Shown: positions 19,463-30,737, counted from the first letter of the stretch. The stretch is DNA of 62,594 bases from Thermomicrobiales bacterium (GCA_038246475.1 JBBRVX010000003.1:1-62594); one strand, 5' to 3'. Program-made: numbers and translations. Notes: generated by a model not told the origin, from the letters alone.

Positions 19463-21478
19463 CTAATGCAGAACCGGGTCGACCATCGTGATGCGGCGAA
19501 GCTCGACAATCTGATCGCGAAGCAGCGCTGCCTTTTCGAACTCCAGATCGCGAGCGGCGCCTTTCATCTGAACCTCGAGCTCCTTGATCATGCGCACCAG
19601 CTCGTCGCGGGGGATTTCGGCAATGATGCCGGGCTTGCCACTCTTGCCGTCCGGCGAGTAAGCGCCCTGTTCTTCGGCGACCGCGCGCACCCGCTCGGTA
19701 ATGTCTCTGATTTCCTTGATGATGCCCCGGGGAACAATGCCATGCTGTTCGTTGTGCGTGACCTGAATCGCTCGCCGGCGATACGTTTCGTCAATGGCGG
19801 CCTTCATGGAGCGGGTCATGGTGTCGGCGTACATGATCACCTGCCCGTCGACGTGACGGGCGGCTCGACCGATCGACTGGATGAGCGAGCCTTCGGAGCG
19901 GAGGAATCCTTCCTTGTCGGCATCAAGGATGGCGACGAGCGACACCTCGGGAAGATCAAGTCCCTCGCGGAGAAGGTTGATGCCCACGACTACATCGTAG
20001 ACGCCGAGGCGCAGATCGCGCAGGATTTCGACCCGTTCCAGGGTGTCGATCTCGCTGTGGAGATAGTGCGTGCGCACGCCCATCTCCTTGAGGTAGTCGG
20101 CGAGGTCTTCGGCCATACGTTTTGTCAACGTGGTCACCAGGGCTCGCTCGCCGCGGGTGACGCGAGCGTTGACTTCCGCCAGGAGGTCGTCGATTTGACC
20201 CTTTGACGGGCGCACCGAAATCGCGGGATCGATGAGCCCGGTTGGCCGGATGACCTGCTGAACGACCTTTTCGCTATGTTCCTGTTCGTAGGGACCAGGA
20301 GTGGCGGAGACGAAAATCGCTTGCTGAATCATGCCTTCAAATTCAGGGAATGTCAGCGGCCGATTGTCGCGCGCTGATGGCAGGCGAAATCCATGCTCGA
20401 CGAGGACATCTTTGCGCGACCGATCGCCAGCGTGCATGCCCCGCACCTGCGGCAACGAGATGTGAGACTCGTCGACGAAGAGCAAAAAGTCGTCCGGAAA
20501 GTAATCCATCAACGTCGACGGCTGTTCGCCCGGCTTCCTGCGTGAGAGATGCATCGAGTAGTTTTCGACCCCGGCGCAGTATCCCGTCTCCTGGAGCATT
20601 TCCAGGTCGTACATGGTTCGCTGCCGCAACCGGGCGCTTTCCAGCAGTTTCCCCGCCGCGTCCAGCTCCCGGACACGATCGTCCAGTTCCTGTTCGATGT
20701 CGCCGATGGCCGCCCGCAATTTGTCCTCGGTGGTGACAAAGTGCTTGGCGGGATAAATGTCGACCTCAAGGCGCTCGATCAGCAACTCCCCGGTCAAAGG
20801 ATCGACCTCGACAATGCGTTCGACATCGTCACCGAAGAACTCCACGCGCAAGGCAATGTCTTCGTAGGCGGGGAAGATTTCCAGCGTATCGCCGCGGACC
20901 CGGAACGAACCGCGCACCAGGGTCATATCATTCCGGTCGTACTGGATGTCGATCAGGTGGCGGACGATTTTGTCGCGCCGTGCCTTTTCGCCACGGCGCA
21001 GGGAAACCACTGTCTGGGCATACTCTTCCGGAGAGCCGAGGCCATAAATGCACGAAACTGAGGCGACGATGATAACATCGTGGCGAGTAAGCAGGGCGCG
21101 GGTCGCGGCGTGCCGGAGCTTGTCTATCTCCTCGTTGATATCGGAATCTTTTTCGATGAACGTATCAGTTCTGGGAACATACGCTTCTGGCTGGTAATAG
21201 TCATAGTACGAAACGAAGTATTCGACGGCGTTGTGAGGAAAGAATTCCTTGAACTCGGAGTAAAGCTGAGCGGCAAGGGTCTTGTTATGGGCGAGGACGA
21301 TGGTCGGCCGGTTGACCTGCTCGATGACGTTGGCCATGGTGAACGTCTTGCCGGAGCCGGTCACGCCGAGCAGGGTCTGAAAACGCTTTCCCTCGTTCAA
21401 TCCTTCAACCAGCTCGATGATGGCCCGCGGCTGATCTCCAGTGGGTTTGATGTCCGCGACAATCTGGAAGTCAGGCAT
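19463..21478 (-). CDS. uvrB: Excinuclease ABC subunit B
   Basis: [31 protein letters not shown] and C-terminal UVR domain; start placed at MPDFQIV. Confidence 0.97.
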   Translation of the reverse strand: MPDFQIVADIKPTGDQPRAIIELVEGLNEGKRFQTLLGVTGSGKTFTMANVIEQVNRPTIVLAHNKTLAAQLYSEFKEFFPHNAVEYFVSYYDYYQPEAYVPRTDTFIEKDSDINEEIDKLRHAATRALLTRHDVIIVASVSCIYGLGSPEEYAQTVVSLRRGEKARRDKIVRHLIDIQYDRNDMTLVRGSFRVRGDTLEIFPAYEDIALRVEFFGDDVERIVEVDPLTGELLIERLEVDIYPAKHFVTTEDKLRAAIGDIEQELDDRVRELDAAGKLLESARLRQRTMYDLEMLQETGYCAGVENYSMHLSRRKPGEQPSTLMDYFPDDFLLFVDESHISLPQVRGMHAGDRSRKDVLVEHGFRLPSARDNRPLTFPEFEGMIQQAIFVSATPGPYEQEHSEKVVQQVIRPTGLIDPAISVRPSKGQIDDLLAEVNARVTRGERALVTTLTKRMAEDLADYLKEMGVRTHYLHSEIDTLERVEILRDLRLGVYDVVVGINLLREGLDLPEVSLVAILDADKEGFLRSEGSLIQSIGRAARHVDGQVIMYADTMTRSMKAAIDETYRRRAIQVTHNEQHGIVPRGIIKEIRDITERVRAVAEEQGAYSPDGKSGKPGIIAEIPRDELVRMIKELEVQMKGAARDLEFEKAALLRDQIVELRRITMVDPVLH

Positions 21479-21555
21479 GATTTCTCCAGGACGTGCTCTG
21501 ATCGATCGGCATGATCGAGCGGGACTCATTGTAGTGTGGAACGTGCTTCCGAAAC

Positions 21556-22017
21556 CTAGCGGATGCGATAGAACTCGGCTGCCGGCCCTCCGGACCCGAT
21601 GACATCGTCGATGTGCCGAACCGACCAGCGCTGCCCTGACCACAGCAGGCGGGTCGCCGCTTCGTCGCGTTCGCACCATTCGTAGTTGAGGAAATCGGGA
21701 CCAATCTCAATCGGGGAATGTGGTGCGATCTCAAACGCCAATACCGGAATCAGCACGATGGCATCACGGGAATGATCGAAGACCTGATTGACATAGTCCG
21801 CGCTGTACACGATCGAAGCCTGAAGCCCAGTGCTTTCTCGCAATGCTCTCTCCGCGGCCGCCAGGGCATTCTCCGTGGGTTCGACGCGGGCATGAATTGC
21901 CTGCCATGAGTTCCCGAATGGGGCGTCCGCACGACGCTGCAAGAGGAGAAACTGCAACCTCGCGTTGAGTCGTCGAATCACGTACGCATCCACGGCATCC
22001 GAAACAAGAGAAGGCAT
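21556..22017 (-). CDS. Nudix-fold protein (NudB-like) with a degenerate Nudix box
   Basis: FLLLQR...WQ preceding [23 protein letters not shown]; start placed at MPSLVSD. Confidence 0.75.
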   Translation of the reverse strand: MPSLVSDAVDAYVIRRLNARLQFLLLQRRADAPFGNSWQAIHARVEPTENALAAAERALRESTGLQASIVYSADYVNQVFDHSRDAIVLIPVLAFEIAPHSPIEIGPDFLNYEWCERDEAATRLLWSGQRWSVRHIDDVIGSGGPAAEFYRIR

Positions 22018-22096
22018 TGCGTAACATTTCCCCTGGTCTTTCTCACTCTGCTGGGACGTGCGGCGCCACTTGAGCGGTTGCCCGGACTGCCGTTTG

Positions 22097-22537
22097 CTAG
22101 TCTCGTGGTTTCCGCGGGCCGCGCCGAGGACCGATATCGATTGGCGGCGGGGGACCGGGATCGCGCAGATCGATTCCGCGCCAGCGCGGCGAGGAGCCAG
22201 GCGACGAGAGACCGGCCGGAATCCAGAGCGAAAAGAACGCAACCGCGCTGGCGATGACGAAAAGAAACGCAATGAGCCGCGAATAGTCGGATATGACAGC
22301 GGCGCCGATAGCGAGGAGAAGCGAAGCACCGATGCGGGCGATGCCGGACGAAAGGAATCTGGACGGAAAGTCGCCGCGAGCGGTGCGAGCCATTTGCACT
22401 TTCGCGGATGCAGTTTGGCTCCGCAGCGTCGATTGCAGGTTTTCGACCGGAGTGGGAGCGCGATCGGATTTCTCGAGAATCTCACGGATCTCGCGCTCGA
22501 CGCGACTGGAGCCCTGGCGATCTTCGCTCGCGTTCAT
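22097..22537 (-). CDS. Hypothetical membrane protein
   Basis: N-terminal EREIREIL helix, two hydrophobic segments, C-terminal RWRG.DL; start overlaps the tyrA stop. Confidence 0.7.
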   Translation of the reverse strand: MNASEDRQGSSRVEREIREILEKSDRAPTPVENLQSTLRSQTASAKVQMARTARGDFPSRFLSSGIARIGASLLLAIGAAVISDYSRLIAFLFVIASAVAFFSLWIPAGLSSPGSSPRWRGIDLRDPGPPPPIDIGPRRGPRKPRD

Positions 22538-23574
22538 CGGTCGTTCGAGGTGGTAGCGGCATCGCCGCGCGAAGAAGGGCCTCGAAGGCGCTTGGCGAAG
22601 CCGCCGAGAAACATCCGGCCCATGTGGTCGCTGACGCTTTCAGGCGATAGCTCGGCGCCAGTCCCCTGCAGCAGCTCACCTTCGCGGGTAGTCTGCGTGG
22701 CCCAGACGGCGCGAGCATCTCGCGCTTCCGAGAAGAACGCCTCAAGCTGCTCAGGCGATGAGCCATCGTTGGCGGCGAGCGTCTGACGCAGCTCGCCGAG
22801 TGTCGCGGTCACCGCATCGATCCAGCGGATCGCCGACTCACGGTTCGTCAGGAGAATATCGCGATGCATGGCTGGACTTCCGGCAGCGAGGCGGGTGGTG
22901 TCCCTGAAGCCGCCGGCCGTCAGCGTCTTCATTTCGCGCCAGGAAGTATCACGGGACACCGCGTTCATGAGCGCGGCGCTGAGTGCAAACGGAAGATGGC
23001 TTACGCCAGCCACATAGGCGTCGTGTTCGCCCGGGTCGATGAAGAATGGCTCAGCACCGGCGGCCGCGACGAGGCCGAGGACCGTGCGGACGGCGTCTTC
23101 GGACGCCGTAACCGAAGGCGAAATGCACCAGGTTGCTCCCGCGAAGAGATCAGCATCGGCGCCTTCGATGCTTTGCGTCTTCCCAGCCATCGGATGTCCA
23201 CCCACGAAGCTGACGTTTTTCGGCAGGATCTCATTTGCCCATTCCAGAACCTGGGATTTGGTTGATCCGGTATCCGTGACGATGGCGCCTGACCTGAGAC
23301 TTGGCGCCATGTCGTGCATGAGCTCGCGCATGCCGTTAACCGGCGTTGCCAATACCACGACGTCGGCCTCGCGAACGGCCTTGGTCAAATCCCAGGCGCC
23401 GCGGTCAACCGCCCCGAGCTTTTCCGCGGCGCGTTGATGGTCGAGATTGGGGTCAAATCCGACGACCTCGAGCGGCTTCTTGCCGTCGACCTTTCGTTCT
23501 TCCGCCCATCTGCGGAGGGCGAGGCCGACCGATCCTCCAATGAGCCCGAGTCCGACGATCAGCACGCGTTGCAT
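22534..23574 (-). CDS. tyrA: Prephenate/arogenate dehydrogenase
   Basis: GLGLIGGS, TDTGSTK, GGHPMAG, HD...A.VSHLP and FRDTTRLA. Confidence 0.92.
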   Translation of the reverse strand: MQRVLIVGLGLIGGSVGLALRRWAEERKVDGKKPLEVVGFDPNLDHQRAAEKLGAVDRGAWDLTKAVREADVVVLATPVNGMRELMHDMAPSLRSGAIVTDTGSTKSQVLEWANEILPKNVSFVGGHPMAGKTQSIEGADADLFAGATWCISPSVTASEDAVRTVLGLVAAAGAEPFFIDPGEHDAYVAGVSHLPFALSAALMNAVSRDTSWREMKTLTAGGFRDTTRLAAGSPAMHRDILLTNRESAIRWIDAVTATLGELRQTLAANDGSSPEQLEAFFSEARDARAVWATQTTREGELLQGTGAELSPESVSDHMGRMFLGGFAKRLRGPSSRGDAATTSNDR

Positions 23575-23620
23575 GTGGTGCTCACTTTCCGCGGAGAGAT
23601 GTCGATGGCGAAAGCATAGA

Positions 23621-24145
23621 TCATGGCTGGTACGCCTCGGTGAACACTTCCAGGACCCAACCCTCGCTGCCATCCTCGGCTCGAAACTTCATCCAGCGAT
23701 CTCCGTTCGGCGCGAGTTGATCCTCATCAAGATACTGGAGGGGTTCGGCCGGGGAGAGCGCCCTGATGATAGGGTCCTCTGTCGAGGGACCGGAGCGAAA
23801 ATTTACGGATGAATTTGCGCCGATTTGATAGGTCGGCGCAAAGGCCTCGGTGATGGGTGGTTCAGTCGGGGCGGCATCGACCACGGGGGCTTCAGATTGC
23901 GCTTCAGTTGTTGGGGCCGGCGCTGGGGCTTCCTCCCGCGGAGTCGTGAGTGTCGCTGCCGCGGGGACCTGTACGGCAGGGGCGGCCATGGGGATGAGAT
24001 CGGAAAAGGGGCGCGACAGCGCGGCATAGATAACAGCCGCGCCGAAGATGCAAATGGCGATCACGAGCACCATCGTGAGGCCGACCATGAGGCCGGCGCG
24101 CCGCGACTGTTGTCGCAGGCGGGCGCTGAGTCCTGAATCGGTCAT
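23621..24145 (-). CDS. Membrane-anchored bacterial SH3 domain protein
   Basis: N-terminal TM helix, Pro/Ala/Thr linker, VNFRSGPS...W...GWV SH3b pattern. Confidence 0.8.
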   Translation of the reverse strand: MTDSGLSARLRQQSRRAGLMVGLTMVLVIAICIFGAAVIYAALSRPFSDLIPMAAPAVQVPAAATLTTPREEAPAPAPTTEAQSEAPVVDAAPTEPPITEAFAPTYQIGANSSVNFRSGPSTEDPIIRALSPAEPLQYLDEDQLAPNGDRWMKFRAEDGSEGWVLEVFTEAYQP

Positions 24146-24366
24146 GCTACCAGGCGCCTGCCCGATATGGATTCTGGTACGAGAAACCGTTCATCATAGG
24201 GTTCGTGAGTCCAGGCATGCTAATGCTCGTCAAAACTCCCATTATGGGGCCAATACGAAGCCACTCCGCCAGGCCAGCGGTTCTGTAAGTCTACGTTGCC
24301 GCGTTTCCGGCCGTTGCTCCTGAGTGTACTCTTGAGAATATCTCGTCTGACATGTACTCTCAGGCA

Positions 24367-25518
24367 ATGACCAAATCTCTTACGATAGCGCGCGTTTTCG
24401 ACCTGAATGTCCAGTTGCACCCGACCTTCGCGCTCGTGTTCGTTTGGGTCTTCATCGATTGGCGCCTGGTCGGCGCCGAAAACAGCATTGCTGACTTTGC
24501 CTTCACCTCGGTTCTAACCCTGCTCATTTTCGGCTGTGTGCTCGTCCATGAGTTCGGGCACGTGTTCATGGCGCGACATTATGGCGTGCGCGTCCATGAT
24601 GTATCGCTTTCGGCCCTGGGCGGCGTTGCGAGGATGGAACAACTTCCGGGTGATCCGGCGTCGGAAGTTGCCATTGCGCTGGCGGGACCTGGCGCCAGCC
24701 TGGCAATTGCGGCAGGAACGGCTCCCTTGATTGTGCTCGCCGGTGTCTTCAGCGGGTTTTCCTCGCTGGAGCATTATGCATTGACGGTTTTCCAACATTC
24801 ACCAACAGGCCTGCTCACGACGCTTTTCTACGCGAATCTGCTGATCATGATGTTCAATCTCTTGCCAGCGTTTCCCATGGATGGCGGACGCGTGCTCCGC
24901 GCGGGGCTATGCATGGTTTGGGGGCGGGAGGCCGCAACCAGAGCCGCTGTGCTGGTCGGGCAGGTGCTTGCATTTGTGCTCTTGCTCTTCAGTGTTCTGG
25001 TGGCGCACAGCGTGATTCTGGGTCTGCTGGCCATCTTCATCATCGTGGTCGCGTATGCGGAAGATCGAGCCGTCCGGGTCGAATCGGCGCTGCGGCGTAT
25101 GCGGGTAGGCCAGTTCGCGCTCTGGGACATGGGGGGAATCTCACCCGATCAACCGTTGGCCAACGCGTTGCGCGGCGGGCCGAGAGACATGGCGGTAACT
25201 CGCGACGGAACGGTCCTGGGCATGCTCTGGCGAAATCGGCTTCTGGCCGAAATTGGTCAGGCGAATCCTGGTCGGACGGTTGGCGAGGTCATGGAGGTTG
25301 GTGTTCCAGTTGTGGATATCAGCGCTTCGGTCTTTGAAGTGCAGCGTTTGATGACGGAAGAAAATCGCTGGGCGGTTCCAGTCACCGAGTCCGGACTCTA
25401 TCGTGGCCTGTTCACGGGCGACAGATTTCTGCACATCTATCGTCAACTTTCTCCGGACCCGCTGCAATGGGCCCGGGAATTCCTGAATCGAAGATCGTCA
25501 CAGCGGCTTCGAACGTAG
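24367..25518 (+). CDS. Site-2 protease (M50) with C-terminal CBS-like domains
   Basis: HEFGH, AGP and NLLPAFPMDGGR motifs; alternative start at 24352. Confidence 0.9.
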   Translation: MTKSLTIARVFDLNVQLHPTFALVFVWVFIDWRLVGAENSIADFAFTSVLTLLIFGCVLVHEFGHVFMARHYGVRVHDVSLSALGGVARMEQLPGDPASEVAIALAGPGASLAIAAGTAPLIVLAGVFSGFSSLEHYALTVFQHSPTGLLTTLFYANLLIMMFNLLPAFPMDGGRVLRAGLCMVWGREAATRAAVLVGQVLAFVLLLFSVLVAHSVILGLLAIFIIVVAYAEDRAVRVESALRRMRVGQFALWDMGGISPDQPLANALRGGPRDMAVTRDGTVLGMLWRNRLLAEIGQANPGRTVGEVMEVGVPVVDISASVFEVQRLMTEENRWAVPVTESGLYRGLFTGDRFLHIYRQLSPDPLQWAREFLNRRSSQRLRT

Positions 25519-25560
25519 CGGCCTGGACATCGTCATCCGTCGTGATGCGCGACCTTTTCC

Positions 25561-25589
25561 TTGAACGTGCGACCGTTGGCGGGTACGAT
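25561..25589 (+). promoter_or_regulatory. Sigma70-type promoter for rrf2-iscS
   Basis: TTGAAC-17 nt-TACGAT about 37 nt upstream of the ATG at 25627. Confidence 0.55.
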
Positions 25590-25626
25590 CACCACGGATC
25601 TGGCCTCGCGCTCTTTCAGGACTGCC

Positions 25627-26094
25627 ATGAAAGTTTCCACTCGCGGTGAATACGGTGTTCGGGCTATGGTGGCGCTTGCCAAGAACCATGGTCAGGGACC
25701 GATGTCCATTGCCGCGATGTCGAAGGCCTCAAGTGTGCCAATGCCGTACCTGGAACAGCTCATCGGCCCTCTCCGGCGAGCAGGCCTTGTCGAGAGCAAA
25801 CGAGGCGCGCGCGGCGGTTATCAACTGACACGTGACCCTCAGGACGTGGGCGTTGGCGAGGTGTACCGCATCATGGAAGGGCCGATAGCCCCCATGGATT
25901 GCGTCTCTGAAGATGTGTCCGAGCAGACGTGCCCGTTGATAGACGGTTGCGAGACGAGGCCAGTCTGGATGAGGATGCGAGACGCGATCGTCGTGTCTCT
26001 CGATTCAACATCGCTCGCTGACCTCATTGCCCAGTCGCCGCGCCGAGCGATGCGGGAAAAGCCGAGCGTGGCTCCTTCAACCGTGGTTGGCTAA
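25627..26094 (+). CDS. Rrf2 family transcriptional regulator (IscR-like, three Cys)
   Basis: MKVSTRGEYG, YLEQL, SKRGARGGY and C..C..C; directly upstream of a cysteine desulfurase. Confidence 0.9.
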   Translation: MKVSTRGEYGVRAMVALAKNHGQGPMSIAAMSKASSVPMPYLEQLIGPLRRAGLVESKRGARGGYQLTRDPQDVGVGEVYRIMEGPIAPMDCVSEDVSEQTCPLIDGCETRPVWMRMRDAIVVSLDSTSLADLIAQSPRRAMREKPSVAPSTVVG

Positions 26095-26157
26095 CCGCGA
26101 CAGCGGAACGAATTCGTCGGACGCGTTGCTCATGCACGCGGATCCCAGGGTCACGCC

Positions 26158-27357
26158 TTGAGTGCTCTTTCATCCACGGACGACACCATTTATCTCGATC
26201 ATGCGGCGACCACTCCAGTTGATCCGGTGGTGCTGGAGGCCATGGCGCCCTATTTCTCTGAGCGTTTCGGGAATCCTTCCAGCATTTATCGCCTCGGGCA
26301 GGAGTCGCGATCGGCCATTGAAGTCGCTCGCGCTCAAGTGGCGAATGTCCTGGGATGTCAGGCAAGCGAAATCGTCTTCACGAGTGGAGCGACCGAAAGC
26401 GACAGCCTTGCGCTGCGAAGCGTTGCGTGGGCAGCGAGGTTCGCTGGAGGAGATTCTGCATTCGCTCCGCATGTAGTTACCACCGCAATCGAGCATCACG
26501 CGATTCTTGCCACGGCACAGTCGCTCGGGCGTCAGGGGTTTTCCGCGACCTACGTCGAGCCAAATGCTGAAGGGATCGTACTGCCTCATCAGATCGCGGC
26601 AGCGGTTCGTCCCGAAACGTGTTTGATCTCGGTTATGTATGCAAACAATGAAACAGGAGCAATTCAGCCGCTGCAAGAGATCGCGGCCATCGCGCGGGAG
26701 CAATCGATCCTTTTCCATACCGACGCGGTTCAGGCCGCCGGAACGCTGTCGCTGGACGTGGATGCGCTTGGCGTCGATCTGATGTCGCTGTCCGCGCACA
26801 AGTTCTATGGCCCAAAGGGCGTTGGCATCCTCTATGTCCGGCGAGGAACCGAGATTGATTTCCAGCAGGTTGGCGGAGGGCAAGAGCAGGGGCGCCGCGG
26901 CGGAACCGAGAACGTTCCCGGCATCGTCGGGCTCGGGGTGGCGCTCGAGCGAGCAGATTCATGGCGGGACCAGTATGCAAAGCATTGTGGCGACCTGCGC
27001 GATCGGCTGGCAGATGGCCTTCTTGATGCGATCCCGGATGCGACAGTCAATAATCCGGTCGATCGAGGATTGCGACTGCCCAACAACTTGAACATTTCCA
27101 TCCCTGGAGTGCAGGGTGAGACGATCCTGCTGAGCCTGGACGGGCTCGGTATCGCCGCGTCAGCAGGTTCCGCGTGCACGACGGGCAACACCGAGCCCAG
27201 TCACGTGCTGCTGGCCATGGGATTGTCCGAGACTGCCTGTCGATCAACGCTGCGGTTCACGGTAGGCCGTGGCAATACGCTCGAGCAGATGGCCGACGCG
27301 GTCGTTGCAGTCAACGAATCTGTCGTGCGTATCAGAGAACTCGCGCATTCCGTCTAG
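26158..27357 (+). CDS. iscS: Cysteine desulfurase (group I, IscS/NifS)
   Basis: IYLDHAATTP, HTDAVQ, SAHKFYGPKG, GTENV and SAGSAC. Confidence 0.92.
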   Translation: MSALSSTDDTIYLDHAATTPVDPVVLEAMAPYFSERFGNPSSIYRLGQESRSAIEVARAQVANVLGCQASEIVFTSGATESDSLALRSVAWAARFAGGDSAFAPHVVTTAIEHHAILATAQSLGRQGFSATYVEPNAEGIVLPHQIAAAVRPETCLISVMYANNETGAIQPLQEIAAIAREQSILFHTDAVQAAGTLSLDVDALGVDLMSLSAHKFYGPKGVGILYVRRGTEIDFQQVGGGQEQGRRGGTENVPGIVGLGVALERADSWRDQYAKHCGDLRDRLADGLLDAIPDATVNNPVDRGLRLPNNLNISIPGVQGETILLSLDGLGIAASAGSACTTGNTEPSHVLLAMGLSETACRSTLRFTVGRGNTLEQMADAVVAVNESVVRIRELAHSV

Positions 27358-27407
27358 ATTCGAATTCAAGCGATGTCAACCGGAGCATCCGGGTCGCTTT
27401 CCAACGC

Positions 27408-28025
27408 CTATGGCGGAACATCGGCAAAAAGCCGTTCAGCAGCATTATCAGCGAGTTCTTCTAGATCTGGGAGATCGGCGAGAGACTTCAGCCCAAACAT
27501 CCTCAAGAACTCCACGGATGTCGCGTATTGCAGGGGATTTCCCGGCGTAGGGAGTCTTCCCGCGATTTCGATCAGGCCCCGCGCGTGCAACGTGGCGAGG
27601 ACACCAGAAGAATCAACGCCTCGCAGGGCATCGATCTCCGCGCGAGTCACAGGTTGCCGGTATGCGACAAGCGTCAGCGTCTCAAGTGAAGCTCCACTCA
27701 GCTTCGAGTTTCGCTCCAACCGAAGAAACTGCCGTACATGAGAAGCAAAGCGAGGAGCCGAGGCCAGGTGTGCGGCGCCATTGTGGCGCACGATTACCCA
27801 TCCTCGTGTGGCCTGATCACTCAGCACCGATAGGGCATCCTCGACTTCCGCGACCGAGACGCCCGCGGCAGCGGCGAGATCGCGCGGTTCCGCTGGTTCG
27901 GGCGCCACGAGCAGAAGCGCCTCGAGCAGAGCGGGCAGGTCATCCCTGTTGAGCAAGGGAAGCGAAGATTGACCCAGGTCGGGCGAGATCTGATCGAACC
28001 CAGGCTCAGCGTCGCTGTGCGTCAT
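27408..28025 (-). CDS. scpB: SMC-Scp complex subunit ScpB
   Basis: LEALL, LETL..VAYRQPVTRAEI...RGVDS and F...FGLKSL.DLP. Confidence 0.92.
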   Translation of the reverse strand: MTHSDAEPGFDQISPDLGQSSLPLLNRDDLPALLEALLLVAPEPAEPRDLAAAAGVSVAEVEDALSVLSDQATRGWVIVRHNGAAHLASAPRFASHVRQFLRLERNSKLSGASLETLTLVAYRQPVTRAEIDALRGVDSSGVLATLHARGLIEIAGRLPTPGNPLQYATSVEFLRMFGLKSLADLPDLEELADNAAERLFADVPP

Positions 28026-28812
28026 GCAAACTTCCATTGGCAAGCAAATCGGGCGAGGATTCGAACGGGGACTCATGGTCAATCCGGATGCGGACCATGG
28101 AAATCGGGCCAAAAAGCTCAGATTGGGTGACGAGAATCGTCTGCCGCCGCAAGAGCGTCAGCACACCGAGAAACGCCACGGCGACGTCCTGCCGGCTCGC
28201 ACAGTCGCCACGAATGGAGTCAAACAGAACAGACTGCCGTCCCTCCAACGTGGCAATGATGCGGAAGATCATTTCCCTCAGTGAGACAACCCGTGGCGCC
28301 GAAACGAGAACTCGCGCGGGGGGCAGCCGGGTCAACCAGCGGGCAACTGCTCGGGAGAGCACAGCTGGAGCCTGAGGCAGAAGCTGTTTCGGAGGAGAGG
28401 GCGGACATGCGATGCTCTCTCCTTTCTCGAAGCCACTGCCGTTGGTCTGCTGACGCTTGGCCAGGAGTTGGGCCGCGGTCTTGAGGGCCTTGTATTCCTG
28501 CAATTGCCGGACCAGGTCGATCTCGTCGATTTCGTCTGGCACTATCACTGGGCGGGGAAGCAGGGCACGAGACTTGAGCACTGACAGGCGGCCGGCGATT
28601 GAAACAAATTCAGCGATTGCCTCCGGAGGGAAGTGTTCCAGCTCATGCACAAACGCGATGAACTGATCGAGGACCGAGAGGAGCGAAACCTCGCTGATGG
28701 GGAGCTGCTCCCTCTCGATGAGGCGAAGTAAGAGGTCGAGAGGGCCCTCAAAGGTTGGGAGCCGGAGTTGATACGTATTCAACGGCGGACCAGAATCGCG
28801 GCTTTTACGCAT
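28006..28812 (-). CDS. scpA: Segregation and condensation protein A
   Basis: FEGPLDLLL.LI, KSR.LLP and Q.ELFGPI. Confidence 0.92.
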   Translation of the reverse strand: MRKSRDSGPPLNTYQLRLPTFEGPLDLLLRLIEREQLPISEVSLLSVLDQFIAFVHELEHFPPEAIAEFVSIAGRLSVLKSRALLPRPVIVPDEIDEIDLVRQLQEYKALKTAAQLLAKRQQTNGSGFEKGESIACPPSPPKQLLPQAPAVLSRAVARWLTRLPPARVLVSAPRVVSLREMIFRIIATLEGRQSVLFDSIRGDCASRQDVAVAFLGVLTLLRRQTILVTQSELFGPISMVRIRIDHESPFESSPDLLANGSLHDAQRR

Positions 28813-28924
28813 CTGGTGAGTCTACGCGACGTGTGAAGAGAATCGGGAGAAGACCGGGTTGTACGACACTGGAAAAATTTTGCCGAGAATCCTGAAAACG
28901 ACACGATTCACTTCGCGGCACGAC

Positions 28925-29593
28925 TTACAGGCCGCCGGCGAAGAAGCGCAACAGGAGGTTTCGCACCGGATCGGTGATTGCCCCGATGATGCTGCTGCCG
29001 ATGCCACGACCGAAGATTAGAAGCAGGAAAAGTATGGGTACCCCGTAGCGCTCAAGCGGCGCCAGGACAGGCCTCCAGAATCCTGGAAGCAGGGCCGCAA
29101 GAATCCGCGAACCATCAAGCGGCGGCAGGGGAATCATGTTGAACGCGGCAAGACTGAAATTCACCAGAACGAAGATCCAGAGAAACTGGTCGAGGCCGCC
29201 AGCGGAGACGGCAGTGAGCGGGGCGAACCGGAGGATAGCGGCGGCCACGGCGCCGAGGACCACATTCGAGAGGGGGCCGGCGAGCGCAATAAGCGCCATG
29301 CTTCCCTGCCGGCCGAATCTTCCCGCGGGCCGCAATCGATAGTCGTTCACGGGAACCGGCTTGCCCCAGGCGATGCCTGGCAGGCCCAAGGCAATGAAGA
29401 GAAACATGATGGCGCCGACAGGATCGAAATGCGCCGCAGGGTTGAGGGTGATCCTGCCCAGGAGGCGAGCCGTGTCATCGCCGAGAATCGACGCTGTCCA
29501 GGCGTGCATGAACTCGTGAACAGTGATCGCCACAATGAACGTGACGAGGATGGCCACAAACGAGCGTGGATCGAAATCGCCAGTTCCCGGCAT
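28925..29593 (-). CDS. Site-2 protease family protein (M50, YwhC-like)
   Basis: HEFMH, GRITLNP, WGKPVP and FNMIPLPPLDGS. Confidence 0.9.
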   Translation of the reverse strand: MPGTGDFDPRSFVAILVTFIVAITVHEFMHAWTASILGDDTARLLGRITLNPAAHFDPVGAIMFLFIALGLPGIAWGKPVPVNDYRLRPAGRFGRQGSMALIALAGPLSNVVLGAVAAAILRFAPLTAVSAGGLDQFLWIFVLVNFSLAAFNMIPLPPLDGSRILAALLPGFWRPVLAPLERYGVPILFLLLIFGRGIGSSIIGAITDPVRNLLLRFFAGGL

Positions 29594-29619
29594 CAGCTAA
29601 CGCCGGCGTTCATGATCGC

Positions 29620-30723
29620 CTAAATCGCCTGGAATTTGGCGGCCCCGCCAGGTGCTTGCTCGGCGCCCGAACCCGAGTAGAGGTGGCAGGCGACCAGGTG
29701 GCCATTTCCCTGATCGGCAAAAATGGGATCGACCTGGCGGCAGACCTCCATGGCATAGGGACATCGCGTGTGAAAGTGACAGCCAGCCGGGGGATTGATT
29801 GGGCTAGGCACGTCGCCGGGAAGAATGATGCGCTCCCGGCGCTTTTCTATCACCGGGTCGGGAATCGGTACGGCTGAGAGCAGGGCCTTGGTGTAGGGGT
29901 GCAACGGATCGGCGTAGAGCTCGTTGCGATCCGCCATCTCGACGATTTTGCCCAGGTACATCACCGCGACGCGGTCAGAAATATGCTTGACGACAGAGAG
30001 GTCGTGGGCGATGAACAAGTATGTGAGTCCGAACTTTTCCTGGAGATCTTCAAGCAGATTGACGATCTGCGCCTGAATCGAAACATCGAGGGCAGAGACG
30101 GGCTCGTCGGCAACAATGAAGTCGGGATTTGCGGCAAGTGCGCGGGCGATGCCGATGCGCTGTCGCTGGCCGCCAGAAAACTCGTGGGGATAGCGGTTTG
30201 CGAAATATGGATTGAGCCCCACGGTTTCCAGGAGCTCCTGAACGCGCTGGGTCCGTTCCTTTTTCGGAACGAGATTGTGGATCTGCATCGGCTCGGACAC
30301 GATGTTGCCGACGGTCATGCGTGGGTTGAGAGACGCATAGGGATCCTGGAAGATCATCTGCAAGTGACGGCGCATCTTGCGCATGTCACCGCTGTTGAGC
30401 TTGGTGAGGTCCTTCCCCTTGAAGATGACTTCGCCGCCTGTCGGCTTGTAGAGCTGGAGGATAGCCCGACCGGTTGTGGACTTGCCGCAGCCGGACTCGC
30501 CGACGAGACCAAGCGTTTCGCCCGGCTTCACGTGGAACGAGATGCCATCGACTGCCTGAACGGCGCCAACCTTGCGCTGGAAGATGATCCCGCGCGTCAA
30601 CGGGAAGTGCATGACGAGGTTGTTCACGGTCAAGAGAGCGTCTTCAGCGCCATTGGACGTAGCGCCGTTCGCCGCCGCCCGCGGACCGAGCGAGGAGGCG
30701 CTGCTTGCAGGTGTTGCTGACAT
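29620..30723 (-). CDS. oppF: Oligopeptide ABC transporter ATPase
   Basis: [29 protein letters not shown] and C.FHTRCP. Confidence 0.9.
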   Translation of the reverse strand: MSATPASSASSLGPRAAANGATSNGAEDALLTVNNLVMHFPLTRGIIFQRKVGAVQAVDGISFHVKPGETLGLVGESGCGKSTTGRAILQLYKPTGGEVIFKGKDLTKLNSGDMRKMRRHLQMIFQDPYASLNPRMTVGNIVSEPMQIHNLVPKKERTQRVQELLETVGLNPYFANRYPHEFSGGQRQRIGIARALAANPDFIVADEPVSALDVSIQAQIVNLLEDLQEKFGLTYLFIAHDLSVVKHISDRVAVMYLGKIVEMADRNELYADPLHPYTKALLSAVPIPDPVIEKRRERIILPGDVPSPINPPAGCHFHTRCPYAMEVCRQVDPIFADQGNGHLVACHLYSGSGAEQAPGGAAKFQAI

Positions 30724-30737
30724 CAGATGCCTCCCGT

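Noticed and set aside
21538-21550. GGAACGTGCTTCC as a LexA box upstream of uvrB
   Set aside because: Spacing is one base short of GAAC-N4-GTTC and one arm mismatches; suggestive location but not supportable
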